The translations under genes and the position numbers were made by a program. A stretch of 39,280 nt of DNA. It comes from Microthyrium microscopicum (lineage: Eukaryota). Below the pieces are notes generated by a model that worked only from the letters and a program-made list of their open reading frames with translations, did not search any database and was not told the DNA's origin. Shown here in pieces: positions 1 to 12,601 of the stretch. The stretch's first letter is position 1, and every line of letters begins with the position of its first letter. The stretch covers positions 1,399,942-1,439,221 of the forward strand of contig MU004241.1 of the NCBI GenBank assembly GCA_010405405.1, read 5' to 3'.

Positions 1-1288
1 GCATATATAATATATATTTTTAAGTTTTTATAATTAATTTCTACCCTTAATAGGCTCTAGTATTACTATAGCCCTTAGCTATATTAAGCCCTCTCTTTTA
101 ATACCTATTAAGTAAAGTATCTATAATACTCCTTAGCTAAGTTTTTCTTATTAATTTACGCTCTTTAATACTATATAATAAGCTACTAAATAGCTATCTT
201 TAAGTTTCTAGTAGTCTATATAGTCTACCTTTAGGGTATAAAGTATTTTAAATCTATATAGTTTTAGTTACTTCTTCCTCTCTAAGTTTTTATTATATCT
301 TTTACTCTTCCTAATTCCTTTTTTAAGAGTAAGTCCTCTATAGGCTCTCTTTCTTCCTCTCTCTCTTACCTTTAGGTACTTAGTAAACGTTCTATACCTA
401 TAAGTATCTCTTTTTTATTATCTCTAAAAAAGGTAAAAACTATTTTATTTATAGATATTAAAAATACTACTTTATCCTTAGATATAAAATTAGCTAATTC
501 TATCCTAGCTTTTATTATAAGTTATTTAGTATTCTTTTATATATAGTATTAATTATTATAATATAAACTATATATATTCCTAGCATAAAAATTTATTTAT
601 ACTATTTTTAAGTATTATACTATTATATAAAGTTACTTAATAGTAAGTACTTAGTTAGTTTTAGTATACTTATTATAATAATTACTTATATTTATAGTTA
701 GGCTAGCCCTAACTAGCGTTCTTACTCTTATTATAAAGAGTAATATTCTAAGTATAAGACTATAAGTATATCCTTACTCTTAATCTTCTACCTTTTCTAA
801 TATTATAATAAAGTACTAGTAGAGTTAAAAAAGTAGAGTAAGTACCTTTAATACGCTTTTAATAAAGTAATAACTAACCTAGTTAATCTTTATTAAGGTA
901 TTAAGGAGTACGTATTATTAGATATAAATAAGAAGGCTACTAAGTAAGTAAAAGTTATAAAAAGTTTAGTAAGTAAGTTTACTAGCTATAGGGCCTAATT
1001 TACTTTTACTATAGCTTTACTAATATAGTAAAAGAAGAAGAAGCTAAAAGTTAATATAGCTATACTAGCTATTAATTTAGCTTATCTATAAGCTATCTTA
1101 CTAGAGCTTTATACTTAAAGCGTAAAGATAGATTTATTAATAAAGATATCCTAATTATTAAGTAGGATAGTATTATTATTTAATAAAAAGTAGTAAATAG
1201 ATATAGAATAAAATTAATTATATTCTTAGACTTAGTTATTTCTTTTATAATTATATATTACTAGCTTATTAGTATTATAGTATTATAG

Positions 1289-4200
1289 TTAGTTATTTAT
1301 AAGATCCTTAAGTTTTAGTAGTTCTCTATATATCTTAAGGTCTATTTTTATAATCTTTTTAGTTAGCCTAAATTACTAAAGAGCTCTACTTTTTAGTAGC
1401 TATCTAGCTATTACCTAGGTATCTCTTAAATTAAAAAGTATATAAGCCTTATTTAGTATTATTACTTATTCTAGTAATCTCTCTTTATAATATTATAGGT
1501 AGTTTAGTAGTATATAATAAACTATTTATTACTAATAACTATATAGATACTATAGTAAAGAGATTATTAGTACCTATATGCTATATAGCTAGTTATTAAG
1601 TTTAATAACTTTTAATTATATAAGAAAAAACGCTATTACTTATACTTTATTAAGATTATTATAAAGCTTAATTAGTTAGTTACTCTATAATATTCTCTAT
1701 ACTATAGTAATATATTACTATATCTTTATAAGCTATACCTAAGTATCTATTTAGAGCTTATAGTAATATACCCTAATTAGAGATATTTCTAGCTCTAGTT
1801 TAGTTTTTACTTTCTTCTCTTTCTATAACGTACTATCTATTAATTATATTACTTATTTATAATTAGTATTTTACTTTTACTTTATCTCTAATCTCTTTTT
1901 TTATTATTTTAGTACGTTAACTTTTTAAGCTATAATCTTAGTTATATATATCTATACTAGTTTAAGTATTACTAAGCTTCTTAGTTATTATTACTAAGGA
2001 GGTATCTTTTAATTCCTTAGGAAATTTACCTAGTATACTTTAGTAATAATTTTACTTATCTTTTATATTATTATTAAGTCTTTATTCTTATTAGTATATT
2101 TCTTTACTAAAACTATAGTATTTATTTAGAGTAGTTTAATCCTTATTTCCTTATTTAATAAAGTAATAAGAGTTCTTTAGTATTCTTCTATTATCTTATA
2201 GAGTATATTATTCTAAACTACTACTAGTAGTTTATAATAATCCTTTAGCACTTTAAGAAATAGTAATCCTAAATTCTATACTTATACTCTATATATAAGG
2301 GTTAGCCTAATAACTACTATATAAAGAAGCTTTATCTTTCTAAAAATTAGTCTCTATTTTAACTATGCTATTCTTAAAAATACTACTACTTACTTAAATC
2401 CTTTAGTTTTAGTCTTTTTAATATAGTCTTTCTAGTTTATTCTTCTATCTACCTATATACTTAGTACCTTAATACTCTCTAATATAAGCTTAGTAAATAT
2501 ACTATTTATTATTACTATAGATTATAGGTCTACTTTTAAGTAATAAATATTCTAAGTAAAGTATATTACTTAATACTTATTAAGAGTAAACTTTACTCTA
2601 TATTTATTTACTTAGTTAGTATACTTTTAGTAGGCCTCTTCTAGTCTTATATAGTTCTCTTAAGTAGTATTATCTTATATAACTAATATAGTATTATCTA
2701 TAAAGCTAAATCTAAAGATATTATTACTTATATCTTAGAAGTATTCTAGTAGTTCTAATATAAAGAAGAGAAAAAAGATAAGTAAGAGGAAAGATCTCTA
2801 AAGGATTTCTATATTAGTTATTATTACTAGGCTCTAGTACCTAGTAAATATAATTTAGGTTATATAATTAGTAGTAAAGCTTACTATTATATTAATTAGC
2901 TACTAGGAGACTTTTTTTATCTCTAGGATATAGAAAAGCTTCCTTAGATTAACGTTATTATACGCTCCTTAAAGGTTAAGGCTAAGTACTAATACTATAG
3001 CTCTTATGTTTCCTTTCTATGCTACCTTAATAGTACTCCTTAGAAGCTATACTATTATTAGTATTAATTACTTTATCTTAGCCTCTATCTAGTTCTAGAG
3101 TAGTAGGTTATTATTTTTTATAAGTTAGGTAAGTCTATTAGTAATAATCTTTTTAACTAACTTTACTATTATATTCTTAAAAGTAATTAGCTAATAGGCT
3201 ACTAGTAGTAAGTAGTCTTTCTTACCTAGCTTTTTTAGTACTAGTATATAGAATTACTTTAAATATTTTAGGATTATACTACTTATTAGCATTTTACTAA
3301 TTATAAGTACTAATCTTTTACTAAATTTTATTAATTTTAAATTATTACCTTCCTTTTCTAGTTACGCCTTAAGCTTAAAAGCCTTTAGGACCTTATTTAG
3401 TATATTAATAGGTTCTATTACTTTATAATTTAGGAGGCTACTAATTACGTAATCTATCTCTTTTACTATTATCTTATAGTCTATCTCTAGTTTTAAGAGT
3501 AAGATAGCATCCTTTATATTACTAAGGTCTATTACCCCTATTTAAGGAAAGAACTTTATAGATAGTATATTTACCTTACTTTAGTTATTATAGGTATAGT
3601 TATTACTAGTAGTCTATTTAAGTACTAGTAAATATAGGTCTTCTTTTAGTCTATTAGCTTTAGCTCTTATCTATTTACTTATTCTCTATAGGCCTTAGTT
3701 CTTATAGCATTTATAATCCTTTATAATCTCTTCTATAAAGGTTTACTAAAATACTACTTTATTCTAGCGTAGAGATTTTCTTAGTTAAGCTATAACTAAC
3801 TTATATATATACTTATCTTAGTTAGTCTCTATTTAAAGGTATCTTTATCTTACGTAGCGCTTTCCTTATATTAGTAGAATAGTTATAAATAACTACCTAT
3901 ATAAAGCTTACTTTAAGGGTTTTACTTTTAGGTAGTAAATCTCTAATACTTCTATTATTACTTTATATAGGGCCTCTATTAGTATATCTTTAGTATTCTA
4001 TAAGCTATTATTTATATATTTAATAAATTATTTTATATCTAGTTTTTATATATTATATTATACTTTTAGTATATACTTCTCTTATCCTAAAGTTAGTTAG
4101 ATTAGTACTAGAATATAATCTTCTATTAGTGCCTAGGTATTAACTAGGCTATAAAACTTTAATCTTTCTTAAAGAAACTAAGATAGGAATATAAAGTTAA

Positions 4201-4789
4201 TTACTATCTCTACTACTCTTACTCTCTTTTCTTTACGCAACCTATAAGTTAGTTCTCTTTCTAGTATATATAGATAGAGCCTCTACCTAATTATATCCTA
4301 AAGTAAGGTATTTACTTAGGGTTTAGTAACTAATACTATGCTTCTTTATTAATAATAGTAGTAGTTAAAGTCTCTTACTAATAGAATCTCTTCTTCTACC
4401 TTATTAATTACCTTTATTAGTATTAGGCATTTAGTAATATAGTTATAGTTATTTACTATTAGGCCTTTACTATATATATTAATAATTATTAGTATTATAT
4501 ACTTATACTAAAAGTATAGTATTAAAATAAATTAGTTATAATATCTTACTTACTAGTTCTTTATATTAAGCGCCTTACTTATTATAAAGTATACTCTTAA
4601 TTAATTATCCTAGTTATATACTAGTATATAGCTAAAAAAGTAGTATATTCCCCTTAGCTTTATAATTCCTTTAAGGTCTTAGATTACTATAATTAGTTAC
4701 TTAGTATTATTTAGTATATTAAAGAATAGCCTTACTTCTCTTTTGTTTAACCTTTTATAGTTATATTATATAATATTAATACTATTTAT
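1289..4789 (-). pseudogene. LINE ORF2 relic: APE endonuclease, reverse transcriptase, C-terminal CCHC finger; no RNase H seen
   Basis: The start, FIDN and CCHC motifs share one frame. Start INSINII*YNY (~MNSINIIQYNC) at 4789; KFFP*IGVIDLSNI (~FFP..ADLSDI) ~3515-3557; LLNYKVIEPINILNKVLK (~LPNRKAxGPDGIPNEVLK) ~3383-3436; VLKKLGKKDYLLLVAY*LITFKNIIVKLVKKII (~KPGKKDYS..AYRPIALENT) ~3143-3241; EIL*RSFLLLIFFLFF (~GIPQGSPLSPILFLFF) ~2762-2809; FIDN (~FVDD) 2693-2704; YLYSY***IVYYILLNY (~CPCGHQRQTVYHVLLNC) 1499-1549. Confidence 0.9.
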
Positions 4790-6461
4790 CTAAGTCTATT
4801 ATTTAGATTCTATTTATTTTATTACTAAAAGTTAGCCTAGGGTTATTTATAGCTTATTTTACTCTTTTATAATTATTTCCTTATTAGTCTTTTAAGGTAC
4901 TATCTCTTATAGTTTATAAGCTATTATTGCTTCTATTAAAGTTAAATATACTTATAATTAATCTCTAAGTACCTTAGATAAGGTTATTACGTACTTTATT
5001 CTTTACCTTTTATAATACTAATAGTCTTTTAGGGTTCTTAGTCTTTACTTTTCTTTTTTTTATATTATTTACTATAGTATATCTATTATTATCTATAAGC
5101 TAGATTAGTATAGTTTAAGTAAGTATTATAGCTTTTATCTATTCTATATATCTTTTATTTACTACTTAAAATTCTTTTATATTCTTAAAGTAGGTTTAGT
5201 ATACTTTATATATATTCTTCTACTATACGTAGTATCTTTAGCCTTACTTTTTCTCTCTTTTTTTACCTCTTTTATTATCTTTATAGTTAAAGTACTAGAT
5301 TAGGCTTATCTTAATATAGTCCCTAGTATTATAATTGCCTATATATTTACTATAGTTTAGTTTATACTAGATATAAGTTATTTATATATAGCCTTAGACT
5401 TAGTAGTAAAAATATTATTTAGTAGTATATTTTAAGTCATATAATCTAGTAAAGAGCTTCTTTATCTTAATAACGAACTTCTTTTAAATAACCTTATCTT
5501 TTATTACTATTATTAGATAGTATAGTATAAGTAATTCCTTAGTACGTACCTTCTTATACTTTTCTAGTTCTTCTTTTACTTATTTATACTCTACGCCTCT
5601 ATAAAGCTACTAAACTACTTCTATCTCTAGGCATTTAAACCTTATCTTATTTCTATTAACTAGTTCTTTAATTAGTTTACTATTATCTATATTCTTACTA
5701 TAAGCTACGTCTAGTTTAAGTAAAGCCTTTAGGATCTTTACTAGATAGTCTTATTATAGGACCTAAACCTTATCTAAGTCTACTTAGCGTAGCCTATTTT
5801 AAATATAGTTCTTATTTAATTATATATTAACTATAATATTAATATTCTTACTAGGTAGTAGCCTAATAGCTATTACCTATAGAATAATTTCTTTAATCTT
5901 TTTAAATAGCTTTATCCTATTTTGCTTATCTTCTTTTAATATATTTTTAACTACTTTTATAATATTAATTTAGACTATTAAGCTTATAAAGGAGGCTCTT
6001 TAATTAAGAATTAATAAGTTAGGTTCTTTTGTAACCTTTACTTAAGAGTTAGGAGTTATTTTAATTTTAGTAATCTACTTTGCGATTATATTAAGTTTTT
6101 AGTTAAGACGCGTCTTAAAGCGTATTAGTAAAGAAGCTTTATTTATAGTTAGAGCTAAGTAGAATACTAGTTATTTAATATAGTCTTATATTATAATAAA
6201 AGACGCATAGTATTATATAAAATTAGTTATTAGCTAGTTAAGGAATAGTTATATTAGATCCTCTTCTTTAGATATAAGTCCTCTTAATAGTACTTTAATT
6301 CCTCTCTATACTCCTATAAGTAGTAGTTTTAGGTTATCTTTTTGTTTCTATATTGCCTTATTTTTAATATAGGTAGCCTCTATAGTAATAATAGCTATCT
6401 ACTATAAATCTTTATTTATCTCTATAGTACTAGCTATTACTTACGTCTAGTTAAAAGTTAT
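4782..6461 (-). pseudogene. LINE ORF1 (gag-like) relic with zinc knuckles
   Basis: One frame contains IAIRLLPSKNINI (~AVRxLPSxDIDI) ~5835-5873, then knuckle relics GYI*ITY, YSKYIGNYNTRDY (~CGKCAGDHDTRDC) and YFNY (~CFNC) ~5283-5393. A TAG at 4784-4782 overlaps the inferred ORF2 start. The start codon position is approximate. Confidence 0.8.
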
Positions 6462-7129
6462 ATTATTATAATAGTCTTAATAAGATAAATCTAATAATAA
6501 TGGTTTTATAGAATAATTCTAAGAAATTAATCTTTTAGTATAATAATGCTTCTATAATATTTATAATTAGTACTAATAAGTATCTTTTATAGCTTCTTAT
6601 AATATTAAAGACGTCTTTAGATTTTATAAATATAAATTTTAAAGAAGTAGTTATTTTACTATAAGATATTATAGCGCTATAGGTTCTAAAATTATAATAT
6701 AAGCTTACTCTTCTTTAAATAGCTTATATAAATATTATATACTTTAAGGTTAGTAATATTTAGTCTTAATAGTAATTTTAACTTATACTTTATATAATAA
6801 CTATTATTTTATATATAATTTTTTATAGTATTTTTAGCTTTGTACTAGAAGTTAAAGTATTTATTTATTAGAAAGTAAAAGATATATAAATACTTTATAG
6901 TAGTTAAATATTATTTATTATTATAGTATATTATAGTAGTAAAGAACTTAGAAATTTATATATATATTATTTATTATAATAAAATAAAGTTAGGATTTTA
7001 ACGCTAGTAATTAGTTATAAAGTAATACTAAAGAATACTAACTATATCTAGCTAGCCTATAGAGTAAGAGCTACGTACCTTACTTAATTTAGACTTAGAG
7101 GCTATAATATTATAAATCTTTTAAGTCTT

Positions 7130-7286
7130 AGTACTTTCTAGTAAATATACTATTACTAGCTAGTAAATATCTAGAAATTAAATAGTAATAATATTTAATT
7201 AATTTCCTATTTAGGTATAGTCTATATAGGATTATTAGCTCTAGTGCTTTCTAGTAAATATCTAAGTACTTTTTAGTAAATATACT
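7130..7286. repeat. Dispersed ~21-bp direct repeats (agtactttctagtaaatatac-like)
   Basis: Copies at 7130-7150, 7243-7262 and 7266-7286, plus a partial ctagtaaatatct at ~7160-7172. Confidence 0.75.
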
Positions 7287-7321
7287 AGCGCTATTTAGAA
7301 AATACTATTAAAGAACTATAA

Positions 7322-7471
7322 TACTAAAATATTCTATTAAAAAGTAATAAGCTAGCGTAGTTTTTCTTATAAAGGGCGTTACTTATTTAGGGGATTCCTA
7401 CTATTACTTAGAGATAAAACGTTACTAGAAAACTATACTAGCTTATTACTTTTTAATAAAATATTTTAGTA
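7322..7471. mobile_element. MITE-like element: 43-bp inverted repeats (including terminal TA) around a 64-bp spacer
   Basis: tactaaaatattctattaaaaagtaataagctagcgtagtttt (7322-7364) is the reverse complement of 7429-7471 with 3 mismatches, all transitions. TA at both ends is consistent with a Tc1/mariner-type TSD. Confidence 0.7.
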
Positions 7472-7536
7472 CTAAGGATTTTAAGAGTCTATTATAAAAA
7501 GCTAGAAGAAAATATAAGTATATACTTAAGCTTAGG

Positions 7537-7966
7537 TGTTACGCTAAAGTAGTACAAAATTACAGTCTTAGCTTCCTTAATACTAAGTCTAAAAAGTTCT
7601 TTATATATTTAAGTAAATAAAGATTACTTATTTTTTATTATTCTTATCCTTTCTTTAATTATAACTCTTACGCTTATAAGCTTACTCTAAGAGGATTTTA
7701 TATTTATTCTAGACTTAGAAAGCTTATCTTTAGGAATACTTAGTTTCTCTTCTTTTAGGTTTTAGGGTTTATAGCCTTACCTATAAATACGAGTTCTTAA
7801 TCTTTTATTACTTAATAAAGTACGCTGCTACAATAGCTTATTAAGTAAGAGGAAATACAATAGCTTATTAACTAAGAAGGAATATAATGGCTTATTAACT
7901 AAGAGAGAAATATATAAAATTATAAAGTATTTATTAAGCGTTTTAATAGTATTATTAGGCGTAATA
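7537..7966. mobile_element. Probable solo LTR (430 bp) of a family not otherwise present in the window
   Basis: Starts TGTTACG and ends CGTAATA (RIP form of CGTAACA); contains an internal tandem repeat. No clean 5-bp TSD (ttagg vs taaac). Confidence 0.5.
7829..7910. repeat. 27-28 bp tandem repeat, 3 copies
   Basis: tacaatagcttattaagtaagaggaaa / tacaatagcttattaactaagaaggaa / tataatggcttattaactaagagagaaa. Confidence 0.9.
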
Positions 7967-8269
7967 TAAACTAAGAGGTAAATGTAGTATAGTAGAATAC
8001 TTAATCCTACTAAATACCTTAGAAAATATAATAGTTATATAAACTATATAGAATAATATCTAAAATATCTTACTCTTAGCCTACTTTAGCGTTAGTTCCT
8101 CGTTAATACTTTCTTGCAAGTCCTGCCTAGCGCTACTATCTTATAACTGTCTAATAACTAGTTATAAGTAGGTCTATAGGTATTTAGTTAGAAATTCTAG
8201 TATTAAGAAACCTTAAATATTAAACCTTACTTTTTAAACGCTAAACTATTAACTCTTTTAGTTACTTAG

Positions 8270-8509
8270 ATGCTTATCCTTAGTTATCTAGCGGGATTCA
8301 AAATTCGAGACTTGTAAGTAAATAAAAATAGATAGGCTAGAAAATAGGCCTTTCTTTAAAGTTAAGCTTATTCCTACTATATTCTAACCCTCTACTTTAT
8401 TCCTTCTACTCGTTCCTTCTATTACTAATACTATAGTAGCTAACATAAATAAAGCTAGTTAGGTACTAGTACAAAGCTTATCTAAATCGTTCTGTAAGCT
8501 AGCGGATTA
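8270..8509 (+). mobile_element. Probable 5' fragment of a pogo/Fot1-type DNA transposon (TIR-like end plus first ~21 transposase codons), interrupted
   Basis: 8445-8507 reads INKAS*VLVQSLSKSFCKLAD, which resembles from memory the MDxASQVLAQG...xRxLAD start of fungal pogo-type transposases. The upstream acttgtaagt...aaaatagataggctagaaaatagg has internal direct repeats typical of such TIRs. Confidence 0.5.
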
Positions 8510-8513
8510 TATA

Positions 8514-9051
8514 TAGTAAAGTCTTTTATATAACTCTTTAACTTAGTTAATAATTTAAGAAAGGGAAGAATCTAAGCTAATAGTATTTTAACTTATCTTT
8601 TAACTTATAGTAATATTATAGCTTAAGCTAGTAAAGCCTAATAGCTAGTAATAAAGTAAGCTATTAGCTACTTTTTAGTAGTAGTATTAAAATAATTTAT
8701 ATATAAAGAAGTAATTTTAAGTATATTTTTAGAGCTAAAGTATATTTTACTTTAAATATTTTACTTTCTTAAGTAAAGTACTTACGTACTAATATACTAT
8801 AACTTTATAGTATAAATAAATTAAAAGATAGTAATTAAAAGTTTCTATTAAGTTTCTAATATAATAAAATACTTTTAAATATTATATTTAAATAAAGTAT
8901 ATTTATTTAATTACTTTTAGTTTTACTTATTAGTAATTTTTAGTAAATAAACTAAGTAAGCTTCTAAATAAAAACTAGGTTTAGTTCTTTTATAAATACT
9001 ATTTAGAACTTAAAGTAAGTAAAATTAGTACTTTAAACTAGAACTATTATA
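8514..9051. other. Unassigned RIP-degenerated segment, possibly the left end of another DNA transposon
   Basis: Begins after a TA run with tagtaaagtc (possibly CAGTAAAGTC before RIP), exactly where the pogo-like frame breaks. No partner TIR or protein motif recognised. Confidence 0.3.
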
Positions 9052-9072
9052 ATATATATATATATATATATA
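9052..9072. repeat. (AT)n microsatellite at the 3' terminus of LINE copy 2
   Basis: About 10 AT units directly abut aatcttattta, where homology between LINE copies 2 and 3 begins. Confidence 0.85.
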
Positions 9073-12000
9073 AATCTTATTTACTATCTTTTAGCTATAC
9101 TAATAAGCTATATAGATACTACTTTTACTTTTAAAAAAACTTTTATAAAAAAACTTATAGTATTTCTTTAGCTATCTTTTAATAACTTTATTTTAATATT
9201 ATTATAATATTTTTTTAGTTTACTACTTCTAAATAAAAGAACTTATATTATTTCTTTATAAACTATAAAGCTTACTAAAGAAATTCTAATTAATAAGTTA
9301 ATATAATAAGTAACTAGTAATTACTAATTATTAAGAGTTTTATATAGTTTAAGTATACTATATATTATATAGATTCTATACTATATATTAAGATTTTAAT
9401 TTTTAATATTATTTTTATTACTAGTTTTTTTTTTAAAACGTATTTATTACTTAATTACTTAAGACTATAATATTTCTAAAAATAAATTAAATTTAGTTTT
9501 TTAGTACTTATCTTTATTTAATATTACTTTATTATTAAGTTTTACTATTATAGTTTAATAAGTTTTTATTAATTTTTCTTTTTTTAAGAATTTATAGCTA
9601 TTATTCTTATATAGTTAACTTTCTATATAGTTTTATAATAAATATATATAATATATATTTTTAAGTTTTTATAATTAATTTCTACTCTTAATAAGCTTTA
9701 GTATTACTATATTTTTTAGTTATATTAAACTTTTTTTTTAATATTTATTAAATAAAGTACTTATAATATTTCTTAACTAAATTTTCTTTATTAATTTATA
9801 CTTTTTAATATTATATAATAAGCTACTAAATAATAATTTCTAGGTTTTTAGTAGTTTATATAGTTTCTTTTTTAGAATATAAAGTATTTTAAATTTATAT
9901 AATTTTAGTTACTTTTTCTCTTCTAAGTTTTTATTATATTTCTTATTTTTTCTAAGTTATTTTTTAAAACTAAGTTTTTTATAAATGTTTTTTTTTCTTT
10001 AACTTTTAAATACTTATTAAATATTTTATACTTATAAGCTATAAGGAGCTAATAAGTATAATTAGATAAGTAGAAAGTAGCTAGTATTATAGAATCTAAG
10101 TATAGAGAGAAGAAATCTAGAAATATAGCTATAAATATAAAGAAGTAGAAGTTTAAAATATTCTTAAATATACTAATTCTAAATAGAATAAAGAGATCTT
10201 ATCTATAGAATTAGATTTTAGTATCTAAATACTATAATACTAAACCTATAAGGATTCTTTATATAAGTATTTTTTTTTTTTTTTTTTTAAAAAAAATAAA
10301 AATTATTATTTTATTTATTAAATATTAAAAATTCTACTTTATTCTTAAATATAAAATTAGCTAGTTTTATTTTAGTTTTTAATATAAGTCTTTTAGTATT
10401 TTTTTATATATTATATTAATTATTATAATATAAACTATATATATTTTTAGTATAAGAATTTATTTATACTATTTTTAAGTATTATATTATCATATAAAGT
10501 TATTTAATAGTAAATATTTAATTAAATTAAATATACTTATTATAGTAATTATTTATATTTATAGTTAAGTTAGCTTTAATTAAGATTTTTACTTTTATTA
10601 TAAAAATTAAAAGTCTAAATATAAAGCTATAATTATATTTTTACTTTTAATTTTTTATCTTTTTTAATATTATAATAAAGTATTAATAGAATTAAAAAAA
10701 TAAAATAAGTATTTTTAATATATTTTTAATAAAGTAATAACTAACTTAGTTAATACTTATTAAAGTATTTAGAAATATATATTATTAAGTAATAAAAAGA
10801 AAGCTATTAAGTAAGTAAAAGTTATAAAGAATTTAATAAGTAAGTTTATTAACTATAAAGCTTAGTTTATACTTATTATAGCTTTACTAATATAATAAAA
10901 GGAAAAGAAGTTAAATATTAATATAGTTATATTAGTTACTAATTTAGCTTATTTATAAGCTATTTTATTAAAACTTTATACTTAAAGTATAAAAATAGAT
11001 TTATTAATAAAAATATTTTAGTTATTAAGTAAAATAGTATTATTATTTAATAAAAAGTAGTAGATAAATATAAAATAAAATTAATTATATTTTTAAACTT
11101 AGTTATTTCTTTTATAATTATATATTATTAGTCTATTAGTACTATAATATTATAATTAGTTATTTATAAAATCTTTAAGTTTTAGTAATTCTTTATCTAT
11201 TTTAAAGTTTATTTTTATAATCTTTTTAATTAACTTAAATTGCTAAAAAGCTCTACTTTTTAGTAATTATCTAATTACTATTTAAGTATTTTTTAAATTA
11301 AAGAATATATAAGCTTTATTTAATATTATTACTTATTTTAATAATTTTTTTTTTATAATATAGTAAATAGTTTAGTAATATATAGTAAACTATTTATTAC
11401 TAATAACTATAGAAATACTATAGTAAAAGTACTATTAATACCTATATACTATATAGCTAGTTATTAAGTTTAATAACTTTTAATTATATAAAAAAGAATA
11501 CTATTATTTATACTTTATTAAAATTATTATAAAATTTAATTAATTAGTTAATTTATAATATTCTTTATACTATAATAATATATTACTATATCTTTATAAA
11601 CTTTACTTAAGTATTTATTTAGAGCTTATAATAATATACTTTAATTAAAAATATTCTTAGTTCTAGTTTAGTTTTTATTTATTAATTATATTACTTACTT
11701 ATAATTAGTATTTTACTTCTTTTTTATTTCTAATTTTTTTTTTATTACTTTAGTATATTAATTCTTTAAGCTATAATTTTAGTTATATATATCTATACTA
11801 GTTTAAGTATTACTAAGTTTCTTAGTTATTATTACTAAAGAAGTATTTTTTAGTTTTTTAGGAAATTTATTTAATATATTTTAGTAATAATTTTACTTAT
11901 CTTTTATATTATTATTAAGTCTTTATTTTTATTAGTATATTTCTTTATTAAACTTATAATATTTATTTAGAATAGTTTAATTCTTATTTTCTTATTTAAT

Positions 12001-12601
12001 AAAGTAATAAAAGTTTTTTAGTATCTTTTTATTATTTTATAAAGTATATTATTCTAAATTACTATTAATAGTTTATAATAATTTTTTAGTACTTTAAAAA
12101 ATAGTAATTCTAAATTTTATACTTATACTTTATATATAAGAATTAGCTTAATAACTATTATATAAAGAAGCTTTACTTTTTTAAAAACTAGTTCCTATTT
12201 TAACTATACTATTCTTAAAAGTATTATTACTTACTTAAATTTTTTAATTCTAGTCTTTTTAATATAATATTTTTAGTTTATTTTCTTATTTTTTTATATA
12301 CTTAATATTTTAATACTCTTTAATATAAACTTAGTAAATATATTATTTACTATTATTATAAATTATAAGTTTACTTCTAAGTAATAAATATTTTAAATAA
12401 AATATATTACTTAGTACTTATTAAAAGTAAACTTTATACTATATTTATTTACTTAGTTAATATATTTTTAATAAGTTTTTTTTAGTTTTATATAGCTTTC
12501 TTAGATAATATTACTTTATATAAGTAATATAGTATTATCTATAAAGCTAAATTTAAAGATATTATTATTTATATCTTAAAAGTATTTTAGTAGTTTTAAT
12601 A
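9068..12601 (-). mobile_element. LINE copy 2, 3' part (3' module, ORF2 C-terminus, part of RT); heavily RIPed
   Basis: 9068-9641 matches 22022-22594, and 9642-12601 matches 1-~2759 apart from the insertion at 10040-10263 and small deletions. FIDN relic at ~12534-12545. Runs into the assembly gap. Confidence 0.92.
10040..10263 (-). mobile_element. Solo LTR (224 bp) of gypsy family D with 5-bp TSD
   Basis: Matches 33554-33776 end to end; termini tataagg...tttata (~TGTAAGG...CCTTACA). Flanked by taagc (10035-10039) and taagt (10264-10268). LINE copies 1 and 3 show the empty site with a single taagt. Confidence 0.93.

Larger units (their letters stand above)
1..6480 (-). mobile_element. Tad1-like non-LTR retrotransposon (LINE), copy 1; its 3' end lies left of the window and its 5' boundary is uncertain (the 5' UTR may extend towards 7100)
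   Basis: Minus-strand ORF1 and ORF2 relics with LINE motifs; colinear with 9642-12601, 19576-22026 and 22595-26203. Confidence 0.92.

Noticed and set aside
1550..2600. RNase H domain in LINE ORF2
   Set aside because: No YTDGS-like or other RNase H motif relic was seen between the RT and the CCHC finger.
6481..7110. Host gene or effector relic upstream of LINE ORF1
   Set aside because: One minus frame is fairly open, but I recognise no motif or signal peptide. It cannot be distinguished from LINE 5' UTR or another degraded repeat.
7829..7910. CRISPR-like array (also considered for 7130-7286)
   Set aside because: The repeats are directly tandem or irregularly spaced, there are no unique constant-length spacers or cas genes, and the context is eukaryotic.
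10270..10296. Poly(T)/poly(A) run as a terminator or retro-tail
   Set aside because: It aligns to ctcttttttattatctctaaaaaagg in copy 1, so it was produced by C>T/G>A mutation and slippage.
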